DNA from: a virus
Length of the DNA stretch: 64,000 nucleotides
Direction: 5' to 3' (one strand)
IMG/VR virus record: IMGVR_UViG_3300009446_000004
How positions within the stretch are numbered: position 1 is the first letter of the stretch; every line of letters begins with the position of its first letter. The translations under genes were made by a program, and so were the position numbers. Under the pieces are notes generated by a model. It ran no database searches and had not been told where the DNA came from. It was given only the letters and a program-made list of their open reading frames with translations. Of this stretch, positions 36,872-46,893 are shown in pieces.

Positions 36872-37370
36872 AACAAAATGGAACGGCAAACTAAAATCAG
36901 GCAAGGTCAGAAAATGGTCATTCAAGGACATAGACAAAGATAAGATCGTAGGGGATACGGGAAGCAATACAGTCATCCAAAAAGCCAAGGCAGATGAAAT
37001 CATAAGATCCTTTAAAAAGGCGTGTAAAGACGCTGGCCTGCCAGTTCCAGAGCATGAGTACATTTACCGAAACTTTCACCCAACGTTCCCAAGGGGCTAT
37101 AAGGGTGACTTTGTATGGCCTGATTTGGGCCTTAGTCTTGAAGTCGATGGAGGTCTAAGAATGCAAGCAGGCGGACACAATACAGCAGCGGGGATTTCAA
37201 GAGATATGCACAAGGGCAACATGGTACAGATGATCCTAAAATGGAAGTTCATACGAGTAGTTCCGGAGCGCCTACATGATCATGGGATATTAATCCTTAG
37301 ATCAGTTGTGGAGGATGATATCAGCATACTAGAGGATTATTTCAAACTAAAAACGGTGTTTGACTTATGA
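36858..37370 (+). CDS. Vsr/DUF559-like PD-(D/E)XK endonuclease
   Basis: PEHEY...FH...GDFVWPD...LEVDGG...GGHN...RDMHK...WKFIRV. Confidence 0.75.
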   Translation: MSVNKTKWNGKLKSGKVRKWSFKDIDKDKIVGDTGSNTVIQKAKADEIIRSFKKACKDAGLPVPEHEYIYRNFHPTFPRGYKGDFVWPDLGLSLEVDGGLRMQAGGHNTAAGISRDMHKGNMVQMILKWKFIRVVPERLHDHGILILRSVVEDDISILEDYFKLKTVFDL

Positions 37371-37442
37371 CATTGGGTGATGAAGAAATACGTCTTGCTC
37401 AAGAACGAACGAAATACAATTTTATAATTTAATAGATAAATC

Positions 37443-38366
37443 ATGGCTAGAAAACCGAAAAAATCAGGACTAACACTTGTCAGGTATCATTTCGAACGCA
37501 AGCAGGAATTACAGAAACAAGCTCAGGATTTCTACAAAGAAACATTAGAACCTCTTGAGTCGCTTATCCAACAGGAGGGCCAAGAGCTTGAAGAGAAGCT
37601 CAAAACCCACAAGGTAAAACCAGAAACCTGGAAGATCATTACTGAGACTAAGAAAAAGATCAAGCGGGCAGAAGCTGATAAGTTCAGAGAACCCCTGCAA
37701 AAGCACTTGAAAGAGTACTTGAAAGAAGTCGCTGACACGATCGGAGACGAACCACTGAAGGAAATAGAGGCCATTGTCAGTAAGATTGCCGAGCTAAAAA
37801 CTGAGTTCGAAAGTGCTCAGAAGGTCGGTCAAAAATTGTCAGACAAGATCCAGGCAGAGGAAAACGGCAGGGTGAAAGCGTTCCAGGAACATGTAGCTGA
37901 CAAGTATTCATACATCGGTAACCTGTGTCAGCTTAAAAGGGGCGTTGTGAAAGACGCTTTATTCCCTGGAGACCCAAAGACGGCGATCATGGCTCAGTAC
38001 GTAGACCGTCCCTGGCAGGTCCCCAATGGTCAGGTTGGCATTATCGCTGGATGGAAGGGCATTTACGTTAGAGCTGTACCAATGGATGAAGCGGGCACTA
38101 TTACAATCGACGCCTTAGCCTACTGCAATAGTGGACAGGCGAGCCCGTTCATGCTGCCTATCGAATGGCTGGAGGAGCACAGATCAGTAGCTGAGGGAAG
38201 GCAAAGGCAAAAGGAAAGAATGGCGGCGGCTAATGTTGCTAAGGAAACGCAAGATAAGGCCGGAAACGCTGTCACCGATGAACCGCCTAAACATTTGAAG
38301 GCAGTCAAATTGCCAGCAAAGAAAGATGCTGAAGCCGTTAAAGAGACGACAGTGGATAAGGAATAA
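37443..38366 (+). CDS. coiled-coil hypothetical protein
   Basis: 307-aa ORF with long charged helices. Confidence 0.6.
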   Translation: MARKPKKSGLTLVRYHFERKQELQKQAQDFYKETLEPLESLIQQEGQELEEKLKTHKVKPETWKIITETKKKIKRAEADKFREPLQKHLKEYLKEVADTIGDEPLKEIEAIVSKIAELKTEFESAQKVGQKLSDKIQAEENGRVKAFQEHVADKYSYIGNLCQLKRGVVKDALFPGDPKTAIMAQYVDRPWQVPNGQVGIIAGWKGIYVRAVPMDEAGTITIDALAYCNSGQASPFMLPIEWLEEHRSVAEGRQRQKERMAAANVAKETQDKAGNAVTDEPPKHLKAVKLPAKKDAEAVKETTVDKE

Positions 38367-38399
38367 AAGCAGTCATTTGATTGCCTTACTTTATTATTA

Positions 38400-38434
38400 A
38401 AAAGGCCGTTGCTTATTTGTGACGGCCTTTTTTT
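38400..38434 (+). terminator. rho-independent terminator
   Basis: AAAAGGCCGT...ACGGCC followed by T7. Confidence 0.7.
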
Positions 38435-38447
38435 GGAAACTAATAGC

Positions 38448-38747
38448 ATGACAATAGAGCAAATCAAAAACACTAGCGAGGGAGGGGCTGTAATGGACCA
38501 GCTAGGAAACGGATTTGTAACAGTGGGACAAATCCATTTAAAAACCAGCGTGGATACTGATATCATACGCGGTATCCTTTATGCCTTAAACGAGGCAGGG
38601 GCCTTGGTAGGCAAAAAGCATGGAATGGGGTACAAGTATCGATTAAACCCTGATAAGATCAATAAGCAGGCAACAAAACAGGTCAAACCACCAAGAACAC
38701 CAAAGGAACAAAGACGTAAAGGCTGGAATCCTATCGTTGACAGGTAA
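38448..38747 (+). CDS. small winged-helix protein upstream of the portal gene
   Basis: VTVGQIHLKT...IIRGILYALNEAG...GYKYRL; likely start ATG 38448. Confidence 0.5.
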   Translation: MTIEQIKNTSEGGAVMDQLGNGFVTVGQIHLKTSVDTDIIRGILYALNEAGALVGKKHGMGYKYRLNPDKINKQATKQVKPPRTPKEQRRKGWNPIVDR

Positions 38748-38787
38748 AAAAGCACCTCTAAACTAATCATTGCCTTATCTTGCAAAC

Positions 38788-40887
38788 ATGACAAGGAATG
38801 AGCAGATCCAAAGGCTAGTTATGTGTGCAGTAGGTGAGAAGTATTTTCACCCGTGGTATGAAAGGTCAGTAACATTGATGCAACAAATATCAATGCTTGC
38901 CAATGCTGAAACTAAATTCAAGCACTTCAAGGAGAATAAGACACTGACAAGCAATTTTACAGGATGCACATATAACCATACGGTCAAAGGAAACTGCACA
39001 CCAGAGACTCCGGACCAGCTACCGCTACTCAAGCAGCACCAAAGGCAAGATGATAATGATTTTATCATATCAGCGAGTCGTGTAAATCCAAGATCACCGG
39101 CCACTATTGGTAAGGTCAACAAGGAATTTGACAGGGTCCGCCAGGTGGGTTACAAATCCAATAGCATAACAGTGCCAGAAGATAAGGCGGAGAGCTATAA
39201 TAACAAATTGCAACGCTATGGACCGTCCACATTTAGTACTTTATCTTTGGAGGAATACTTGTGGGACTTCATCGATGTTAATACAGGCCACAGGGTCAAC
39301 AACGTGCTGATCACAAAGGTGTCTCAAGTAGAAAATGGCGATAGCGTAGAAGTACAAACAAACCCGAAACAATACTCAGCAGATAACGTAGTCTATATTC
39401 CTAGAGACGCAGGCCGCGACCTAGATTTTTGTATAGTCAGGAACGCAGATATCAGGTTAAAAAAGCAGGCCAGAAACACAAAGGAATACATTCACTACAG
39501 CTTTGAGTTATGGATGCCTGAATACTCAGTGCATTGCGAGGAGGTCAAAGACAGTCCAACGGTGGGTGATCTATTAGATTTTGATTTCGAACCATTCCTA
39601 GATAATACGGGTGAAGATGCAGTTGGTGATGATATTGTTACTTTCAATACAGGCAATCAGGAGCTGATTGTATCACACGAAAACAAGACTTTCAAGCTAA
39701 CATTTAGCCGACACAGATCAAAGGTCAATCCAGCTATTAGAATGGGATGCTGGAAGGATCAAGTGCATCGAAAATCAACACTAAGCGGAGAAAATGGTGG
39801 CAAGCTTCATCAATACGAACAATCACCGCTTTACATCCCAGCTTGGTACACTGGCCTTGTTCACATCCTAAATGTCGTCAAAGGTGATTTTGTACACTCG
39901 CAAGCACAAGATGAAAACGCTTATCCAGTTGAAATATGGATGATGCCTAAATGTTTGGGCGAGGATGGTAAAAGGTGTACCAGAAATACAAATGGCATTG
40001 GATTCGATAGGAAGAAAAAACCCAAAGCCGGATACTCATGTAGAGCCTGTCGAGATACTGGTTTCCAGATCCCAGGATCAGCAGCAGGCAAGATTGTAAT
40101 GAAGCTACCAGCTCAGGAAATGATGGGCTTAATGTCGGGCTTTGATGTATCCCAAATCCATACTTCGATCACGAGAGACCACGAATCAATAGCGGCGTGC
40201 TGGGAGTATGTTGAAAGGGAAACAAAGCTATTCCAAGAGTGCGTCCTAGGTACCATCATATCAACAAACGATCAGCTGAACATTACAGCCACTCAGAAGC
40301 TATTGGAGCAGGCAAGTATCAACAATGCCATTGCTCCATTGGCTGATCATATTGTGTGGGCCTACAAAAATATTGCTACGGTCATTGGTTATTACTGTGA
40401 CATTGAGGCCGAAGATATAAGCTTTGATATCCAGTTTTTCGACTCCATGGTGGAGCTTACTGACACCGAAATAGCTCAAATTATAGCAGAGCTGAGAACT
40501 GCAGGTGCACAGCCAGCCGTTATTGCTGCTTATGAGCTTCGAATGTACCAATGTGTATTCTCAGACAATCCAGAGAAACAAGCAGAGCTCCGTATCAGTC
40601 AGCAATTTGATTTTGGTGCTGGAATGGATCTTGATGCGCGGTCATTGGTTGCCTCCCAAGCTTGTTTGCAGAAAAAATACAAGATACGCCTTATGCAATA
40701 CCCGGTGATATGGCGCATGGTTGCACACGAAATGTATTGCGAAGGGAAAAAATTCCTAGACATCAAAGAGGGTCAAGACAGCAAGGCAGAAATAGAGGGA
40801 ATGATTGATAAGTATCTTGATGAAATCATTGCTCCAGAGCCTACAGATGAGTTCGAGCCAAACAGGGAACCCGCCACAGTCGCATGA
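38788..40887 (+). CDS. portal protein (probable)
   Basis: About 700 aa, first gene of the head module. Internal CRAC..TG zinc-finger insert and helical C-terminus with SATQK..EQ, as in Bacteroidota phage portals. Confidence 0.65.
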   Translation: MTRNEQIQRLVMCAVGEKYFHPWYERSVTLMQQISMLANAETKFKHFKENKTLTSNFTGCTYNHTVKGNCTPETPDQLPLLKQHQRQDDNDFIISASRVNPRSPATIGKVNKEFDRVRQVGYKSNSITVPEDKAESYNNKLQRYGPSTFSTLSLEEYLWDFIDVNTGHRVNNVLITKVSQVENGDSVEVQTNPKQYSADNVVYIPRDAGRDLDFCIVRNADIRLKKQARNTKEYIHYSFELWMPEYSVHCEEVKDSPTVGDLLDFDFEPFLDNTGEDAVGDDIVTFNTGNQELIVSHENKTFKLTFSRHRSKVNPAIRMGCWKDQVHRKSTLSGENGGKLHQYEQSPLYIPAWYTGLVHILNVVKGDFVHSQAQDENAYPVEIWMMPKCLGEDGKRCTRNTNGIGFDRKKKPKAGYSCRACRDTGFQIPGSAAGKIVMKLPAQEMMGLMSGFDVSQIHTSITRDHESIAACWEYVERETKLFQECVLGTIISTNDQLNITATQKLLEQASINNAIAPLADHIVWAYKNIATVIGYYCDIEAEDISFDIQFFDSMVELTDTEIAQIIAELRTAGAQPAVIAAYELRMYQCVFSDNPEKQAELRISQQFDFGAGMDLDARSLVASQACLQKKYKIRLMQYPVIWRMVAHEMYCEGKKFLDIKEGQDSKAEIEGMIDKYLDEIIAPEPTDEFEPNREPATVA

Positions 40888-41921
40888 TCGAAAATAAGGA
40901 CATAGAGAAGTATGCGAACGAAGCAAAGGAAAGGCAGCTAAAATCCTTTGATCGTATTGCTAGGTTGTTGGCTTCAATGGACAAGGCCATATTTGAACAA
41001 CTGAGCAAGTATCTAAGAGAGAAAACCAAAGGCAACCAAGGCTTTACAATCAAGGATGGCAGGATACAAAACACTCCAGCCAACCGTATTGCGATGGATA
41101 ACCTAATGACCAACTACGAGCGACTAATAAGGCAACTTGTATGGAAGTCTAGCAAGGAGCTGGGCAATACTTTGGTTGATGTGATGGATGAGGTGGTTAT
41201 CGAAATAAGACGCGCCACAGACCACACAAAGGCATTTAATGGGACGATGGTTGATGATCGTAGTAAGCTGGATAAGGCAGCACAACGTGCCTACCTTGGA
41301 GCCTTGGAGCGCACAGGATTCTATATTGATATCCCAGAATCAAGGCAAAACAGATACTACAAAGCCAGCAAAGGTATCTACCTAAGAAAAGATAGCCCAA
41401 TTGGGAAACGGTTCAACCCCGCAGGCATCGTGGATGAGCTAGGCGACTTGATAAATGACGCCATAAGAAACCAAAGGCCGTATCTCTCTGCCTTTAACAA
41501 TATCGAAAAGCTATTCACGGGAAGGACCCATTTACTAGGTAAGAACTTCAAAGGCTATTTGTTTTCCACAATACAGATAGCCCGTCGTGCTGAGTCTAAA
41601 ATAATGGCTAATGAGCTTGATTTTGAATTTGCTAAATACGTGGGAGGTAGGCGAAACAACAGGCCCATATGCGGAGGCGGCTACGATAAGCTAGCAAAGA
41701 AGCGGTTGCCTTCATTGATTAATAAGATATTTCACAGGTCAGAGATCCCAGGATTGTTCTCATATAAAAACTGGCAGGGCAAATTTAGTTGGCAAAGACC
41801 CGAAGATGCCGAGGAAGCTTGCGGAGGGGCTAACTGTAATCATGATTTTGTATTTACCGGAACCCTATTCGCTCTATCAAAGGAGCCATCAAAACGTAAA
41901 TTGGTAGGCACACCGTTTTAG
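40884..41921 (+). CDS. minor head / MuF-like morphogenesis protein
   Basis: Follows the portal; KYVGG...RPIC and GGANCNHDF motifs. Confidence 0.6.
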   Translation: MIENKDIEKYANEAKERQLKSFDRIARLLASMDKAIFEQLSKYLREKTKGNQGFTIKDGRIQNTPANRIAMDNLMTNYERLIRQLVWKSSKELGNTLVDVMDEVVIEIRRATDHTKAFNGTMVDDRSKLDKAAQRAYLGALERTGFYIDIPESRQNRYYKASKGIYLRKDSPIGKRFNPAGIVDELGDLINDAIRNQRPYLSAFNNIEKLFTGRTHLLGKNFKGYLFSTIQIARRAESKIMANELDFEFAKYVGGRRNNRPICGGGYDKLAKKRLPSLINKIFHRSEIPGLFSYKNWQGKFSWQRPEDAEEACGGANCNHDFVFTGTLFALSKEPSKRKLVGTPF

Positions 41922-42014
41922 TGTAGATTTGTTATCGTTAGGGAATAAGGGTATCTATTGCATTCTGACTCGATCTCAGAATGATACCATTTTCATTTAG
42001 CATGTTACGAAACG

Positions 42015-42050
42015 AGGGCTTCCGGTTATCAAACTTGGGAGCCCTTTTTT
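42015..42050. terminator. terminator between convergent genes
   Basis: AGGGCTTCC...GGGAGCCC followed by T6. Confidence 0.6.
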
Positions 42051-42540
42051 AATCAAACACAAAAGGATCAAAGGATTGCATTAAAAACTCATCAAGATTC
42101 TTTGTGAATACTAGATCCGGAATGTACTTCAAGCTCATATAATATTCGTAGCACTTTTGCTTGCTTTCCTGCCCTCCGTTCAATTGATAGCCTTTCAGAA
42201 ATCCGTAGAACATATACCTGTGGAAATTCTGGGACATTTCCTTTATGATTTGACCCATTTCAGACACATGTAAATCTCTATCCTCTATTTTACAGGATAA
42301 ATCTATTCGCTTATCCATGCCTGCCGTGTAGTTGATAAGTCTGGGCAAAAGAAACGGGCTTGATTCCGTTCTATCTGCCTTTACATGTACGTGTTTATTT
42401 ACTGATTTGTTGATTTGTGATGGTGTCATTTGTGGGTTCGCAAAAAGTGACCCATAATAAAAACCCGACCTAAATATCACCCATATATCGTTTTTAAACG
42501 GGCTAATCAGCAATTCTTTTGGGGCACTTTTTTTCTTCAT
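42049..42540 (-). CDS. inverted accessory (moron-like) hypothetical protein
   Basis: 163-aa ORF antisense to the late operon. Confidence 0.6.
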   Translation of the reverse strand: MKKKSAPKELLISPFKNDIWVIFRSGFYYGSLFANPQMTPSQINKSVNKHVHVKADRTESSPFLLPRLINYTAGMDKRIDLSCKIEDRDLHVSEMGQIIKEMSQNFHRYMFYGFLKGYQLNGGQESKQKCYEYYMSLKYIPDLVFTKNLDEFLMQSFDPFVFD

Positions 42541-42620
42541 TCCTTCAAGGTGATTATTTCTAAGAGCAAATTTAAGGCTTAAATTCTGTCATTCAATTAA
42601 TATTTGAGCCATATTGCACT

Positions 42621-42896
42621 ATGTCAAGAACCCTACTTATACCGATCGGCAATCAAATGGTAGCCCTTAGCCAAAAAAAGGAAGTCCAGAAACCCAAAGA
42701 ATCAGGACGAATGATTGCAGTGCCAGTTGATGAGACAAGCAAGACAATCAAGGTGAACAATGTAGGCGGATTGACCGTTGATAAAACGGAAACATTCGAG
42801 GCCATCAAGTTCATACAGTCACTTCCAGTTGATAAGCGAGAAGCGGCATTGGTAGGGGAACAACGTGAAATAGTTATTAGAGCATCAAAAGATTAG
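42621..42896 (+). CDS. hypothetical head-module protein
   Basis: 91-aa ORF. Confidence 0.55.
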   Translation: MSRTLLIPIGNQMVALSQKKEVQKPKESGRMIAVPVDETSKTIKVNNVGGLTVDKTETFEAIKFIQSLPVDKREAALVGEQREIVIRASKD

Positions 42897-42900
42897 TAAA

Positions 42901-43239
42901 ATGAGCGGAGATAAAGTATATAACGGTTATTCAGGCAAAAAGCTTGTCATAGAAGGGCTTGGAAAGGGTCTTGATGAAAAGGAAACCGACAGGATTAAAG
43001 CTCAATTCCAAAAGTCTAAGACTTTTAGGAGTGTCAGATTTGTCGAGGTTGATGCTGAAGAAAACACAGTAGCCGTAGAGGTTTCTGATGTTACGGGTAA
43101 AACTGATACCAGTACCCAAGGCAAAGCCGATGACCAAGCTAAAGCCGAATTCCCTAAATGGAACGACTGGAGAAAAGACAATCCAGAATTGAAACGCAAA
43201 GACTACGAGGCAGCCAAGGCGCTGCACGATCAAGTATAA
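42901..43239 (+). CDS. hypothetical head-module protein
   Basis: 112-aa ORF. Confidence 0.55.
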   Translation: MSGDKVYNGYSGKKLVIEGLGKGLDEKETDRIKAQFQKSKTFRSVRFVEVDAEENTVAVEVSDVTGKTDTSTQGKADDQAKAEFPKWNDWRKDNPELKRKDYEAAKALHDQV

Positions 43240-43294
43240 ATTTTAGTCCGATGAGGACCAACAAGGGGGATGACCCTGCAATCTTACATACATT

Positions 43295-44431
43295 ATGCCA
43301 ATTGATTTAACGGCCGATGAGGTCACAGAGATCATTATTACAGCGACAAATTTAACGGCCGATGAGGTCAAAGAGCAATATTTGGACGCTGACGGGAAGC
43401 CGGTTGAAAACTGGAAAGACAACTATAAAGCGACTGTTGTAGGCGCAAGAACTACAGCAGCAGCAGCAGCAGCAGAAGAGGCTAAGAAGGCGGCTCTCGA
43501 AGGTGTGGTTCCTCATGACATCTACCTCCGAGATAACCTGGCAAAACAGTACGGCGTAGTGCCTGATGAAGGCGAAAAGAGCAAGACGCTCATGCCAAAG
43601 ATTTTTGCAGCAGCAGCAGCAAAGGAAACCGAAAAGCTAAAGGCTGAGATTGAAACATTGAAAGCTGGAGGGGCAAAGTTGTCTGAACTTCAAGAGCACA
43701 AAGATGCTCTCAAGAAGATCGAAGCCTTGGAAAAGCAAACCGATTTAGCTAAAAACCCTGATTATCAAGCAAAGCTTGTTGAACTAGGCAAGGCTACCGA
43801 GCTAAACGAAAGTTTTGATACTAGGCTGGAGGCGGCTGTAAAGGAAAGAATGACGACCTATGCTGCTGAACAAAAGGCATTAGCAGCAGCAGCAAAGGCG
43901 CTCAGTGATACCAATTCAGATCTCAAATCTCAGTTGGTAAAAGGGGCAAAAGCACAAACACCTGAAGATGCTACTATTGTAAGCAATTTGGCTGATATTG
44001 TGATTGAGAAGGGAATGGTTTTGGATGGCGTCAAATTAATTGCCAAGAAAACAAAAGGCACAAACGATTACTATTTTACAAAGCCAGACGGCACTCTTTA
44101 CATGGATGGCGCAAAGGCCGTCCCGGTGCTTCCGTTTTTGAAAACACAAATACAGGGATTAGGTGTCAAATTCCTAAAGGAGCTGCCAAAGGATTCCACA
44201 GTTGATAAGACAGAAAAGAAAACAGCAGAGCAGGTCCTGGCAACCAAAACGCAGGACCTAGATCTGTTTAAATCTGAACAGAGCACAATTGCTCAGGACG
44301 AAACAAAGACAAAAGAAGATCGGTATAACTTGCTTTATACCACATGGTCAGGCATGAAAAAACTCGAAGGATCAGAGGATAAGGCGGCAAAAATGTCATA
44401 TATCCATAGTCTGATGAAACAATTAAGCTAG
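43295..44431 (+). CDS. capsid scaffolding protein (probable)
   Basis: Ala/Lys/Glu-rich coiled coil directly upstream of the capsid gene. Confidence 0.6.
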   Translation: MPIDLTADEVTEIIITATNLTADEVKEQYLDADGKPVENWKDNYKATVVGARTTAAAAAAEEAKKAALEGVVPHDIYLRDNLAKQYGVVPDEGEKSKTLMPKIFAAAAAKETEKLKAEIETLKAGGAKLSELQEHKDALKKIEALEKQTDLAKNPDYQAKLVELGKATELNESFDTRLEAAVKERMTTYAAEQKALAAAAKALSDTNSDLKSQLVKGAKAQTPEDATIVSNLADIVIEKGMVLDGVKLIAKKTKGTNDYYFTKPDGTLYMDGAKAVPVLPFLKTQIQGLGVKFLKELPKDSTVDKTEKKTAEQVLATKTQDLDLFKSEQSTIAQDETKTKEDRYNLLYTTWSGMKKLEGSEDKAAKMSYIHSLMKQLS

Positions 44432-44502
44432 CGATAAACTAGGTTAATATCCGCTTTTTTGATCTAAAGGAACGCCATATTTTTTAGATCAAAAACTATT
44501 AT

Positions 44503-46809
44503 ATGTTTACCGAAGGAAAAGGCATCAAGCGATGCTTTACCAAAGCAGGCTTCATTGACATTGAAATGTCGATCACAGAGGCAAACCTTGCAATAAATCA
44601 AGGAAAAGGAACCAAAGAGAGATTGGTCCCTTTTCTTAAGATGACGTCCAACCCAATGGTCAATGGATTGTATCCAGTATTTCGACCGAAGATCAAAGGC
44701 CAAAAGGCTAAAGTAAAATGGCATCAAGTATGCCCGGTTGATGTCAGGGAATGTGGCCCGATGGAATGCTACGCAATTGGCGGCGCTACTCCTAACGCTA
44801 TTGAGCAGATCTTTGATAAGCCAGGAAAGTGCTTTACTACTGGTTTCTCAATGAATGAGTGCGATTATGCCTCCGAAAGCGGACGAAGTATGACCGCTGA
44901 GTTTATGGCGGAGCTAATGCAGAAAAAAAAGGACCTTAAGCATCAAGCCCAAGATTACCTGATGGATTGGGTTTATGATAACCGCGGAACCAATGCATAC
45001 AGAGATGATGACCTATTTTGCAAGGGCAAAGGCGGTAGGGATTCTATGCTTCCAATCACAGCGGTCAATAATGTAGATTTCGCTTTCAAGTTGGCAGATC
45101 TTTTAGAGGACAATGAGATGTCCGAAATGAGCTATGCAATTGACGGCGGTATCTTTATCGATCCGATGCGAAAAATTGAGCGCGGCTACTACAGGGATCC
45201 TTCTTGTACTGATACAGGTGAGGAGCTTCGTATCTTGGCCGATAGCCTGCCAATGGATTACACAGCATCCCGTTTTACAATGGGAAAATTCGCTCAAAAG
45301 CTAGACAGGGAAGCCGGACGTAAGAATCCAAAGCGCCTCGGAATGTTTATCATTGACCCTGGTTCATTCTGTGTGATCAACACGCACACATTCCCGGTTG
45401 CTAATTTCACTACCGACCTATCAAATGTCTTCGAAACAGTTGATTTTAGCCTAATCGCTGATGAGATTGGAAGCACTGTAGGTGCTCCCAATACGATATA
45501 CGGCAAAGACGGAACGGTTACGAAGATGTTCTCTACTGAATTGGATGATCGTGTACGTCAGTTGCTTTTGGTCAATGGTCGTGTTGTTTCTGTGCCTCAC
45601 ATGATCGATGTCATCATGACATTTAAGTGCTGCCCGGACAATGCTCCGTACATGTGTATGGATGTGGATCTACGGTACACGCTTGGAGCCTTTTTGCCGC
45701 CGGAAAGCATGTGCATGAAAGGTGCAAATGGCATCTTGTATGTAGGTGTTGATTGTGATTGTAAACTTACTGGCCTTTGCGATGACGTTGAAGAGTGTCC
45801 AGACTTGACAAACCTTGGCAATGCTTACCACGGACAAGCAGACCAAAAAGGAAACGTGATCATATTCCCTCCATTGGGAGACATCCCGGTTGGTTCAGGA
45901 AACCTAGCATGGAGTCCTGACACTGTCGTCACGGTTCATTACGGACCGTCTATGAGCGGGCCAAAAGTAGGAACTTACACTTACCAGGATATCAAGGACG
46001 GTTTAGAGATCAAGCTAGACACCAAAGGCCGTTTGAATTCTCAGTATACGGTTGCCTTCTGTCCTTCGATTGTTGTTGATGGTCAGAATTGCTCAGAGAT
46101 ATTCTGCAGCTGCTACGAAGCAAATTGTGCTGATGCTGCTATTGGTGATCCTTGTGCTGGAATCTCAGTTGCTGGATCTTTGGTTTGCCCTCCTGATGGG
46201 GATGGTTTTATTTACCTTTCTGTCACCGGAGCTCAAGGCGGTGATATGAATGAGAAAGTAAAATCATTCAGCGGTATCATTTGTGATAATGCAGGCGTTG
46301 AGACTGCGATTGCTGGTACTGAACTTGAGGGGCTTGTTGTTCCTGAAGAATGCGAAGGACCACTACAGGTCACCGGCTCAGTTACTTTGGACGTAAACGG
46401 CACCACTTGTACTGTTAAATTCAGTGATCAAGTTGAAAAGTGTTACACCTCAAGCGGAGGTATTACCAAAATTGATGCAGAAGGCAATGTTTTGGGTCAA
46501 GGGACAGAGACAAAAGGTGACAACGTAGGCGGTGAAGCTGCCGCGGTTGAAGGCGATGTCGAAGAAGATGACACCAGGGCAAGAGCCGAAAGGTTGAATG
46601 CTGAAAAGGCAGAAGCTGACAAGATCAAAGCTGATGCAAAGGCAGCAGCTGATAAGTCCCTTACAGAGGCTAAGGCAGAGATCGATAAGATGAAAGCCAA
46701 GGCAGCGGCTGAAATTGAGGCATCCAAGGCAGCGGCTAAGGCGGTAAAGGCTCCTAAAGCCCCGGCAAAATCTCCTGCCAAGAAGTCTACCAAGAAAGGC
46801 AAGAAGTAA
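44503..46809 (+). CDS. major capsid protein with a long C-terminal extension (probable)
   Basis: Follows the scaffold. About 420-aa capsid-sized N-terminal part, then Cys-rich beta domains and an Ala/Lys-rich tail. Confidence 0.6.
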   Translation: MFTEGKGIKRCFTKAGFIDIEMSITEANLAINQGKGTKERLVPFLKMTSNPMVNGLYPVFRPKIKGQKAKVKWHQVCPVDVRECGPMECYAIGGATPNAIEQIFDKPGKCFTTGFSMNECDYASESGRSMTAEFMAELMQKKKDLKHQAQDYLMDWVYDNRGTNAYRDDDLFCKGKGGRDSMLPITAVNNVDFAFKLADLLEDNEMSEMSYAIDGGIFIDPMRKIERGYYRDPSCTDTGEELRILADSLPMDYTASRFTMGKFAQKLDREAGRKNPKRLGMFIIDPGSFCVINTHTFPVANFTTDLSNVFETVDFSLIADEIGSTVGAPNTIYGKDGTVTKMFSTELDDRVRQLLLVNGRVVSVPHMIDVIMTFKCCPDNAPYMCMDVDLRYTLGAFLPPESMCMKGANGILYVGVDCDCKLTGLCDDVEECPDLTNLGNAYHGQADQKGNVIIFPPLGDIPVGSGNLAWSPDTVVTVHYGPSMSGPKVGTYTYQDIKDGLEIKLDTKGRLNSQYTVAFCPSIVVDGQNCSEIFCSCYEANCADAAIGDPCAGISVAGSLVCPPDGDGFIYLSVTGAQGGDMNEKVKSFSGIICDNAGVETAIAGTELEGLVVPEECEGPLQVTGSVTLDVNGTTCTVKFSDQVEKCYTSSGGITKIDAEGNVLGQGTETKGDNVGGEAAAVEGDVEEDDTRARAERLNAEKAEADKIKADAKAAADKSLTEAKAEIDKMKAKAAAEIEASKAAAKAVKAPKAPAKSPAKKSTKKGKK

Positions 46810-46842
46810 TTCAAGTCAACTCAAGGTAAATTGTAAATTAAG

Positions 46843-46875
46843 ATTGGCCGCAACTAAAATGGTTGCGGCCAATTT
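46843..46875 (+). terminator. stem-loop after the capsid gene
   Basis: ATTGGCCGCAAC / GTTGCGGCCAAT 12-bp stem. Confidence 0.55.
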
Positions 46876-46893
46876 CTAAAAGCAAAAAGTAAG

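Noticed and set aside
43305-43370. 21-bp direct repeat ATTTAACGGCCGATGAGGTCA in the scaffold gene; the same LTADEV peptide occurs in ORF 18306
   Set aside because: Only two copies, in frame, explained by a short protein duplication. The match in 18306 is likely coincidence; it is not a CRISPR array.
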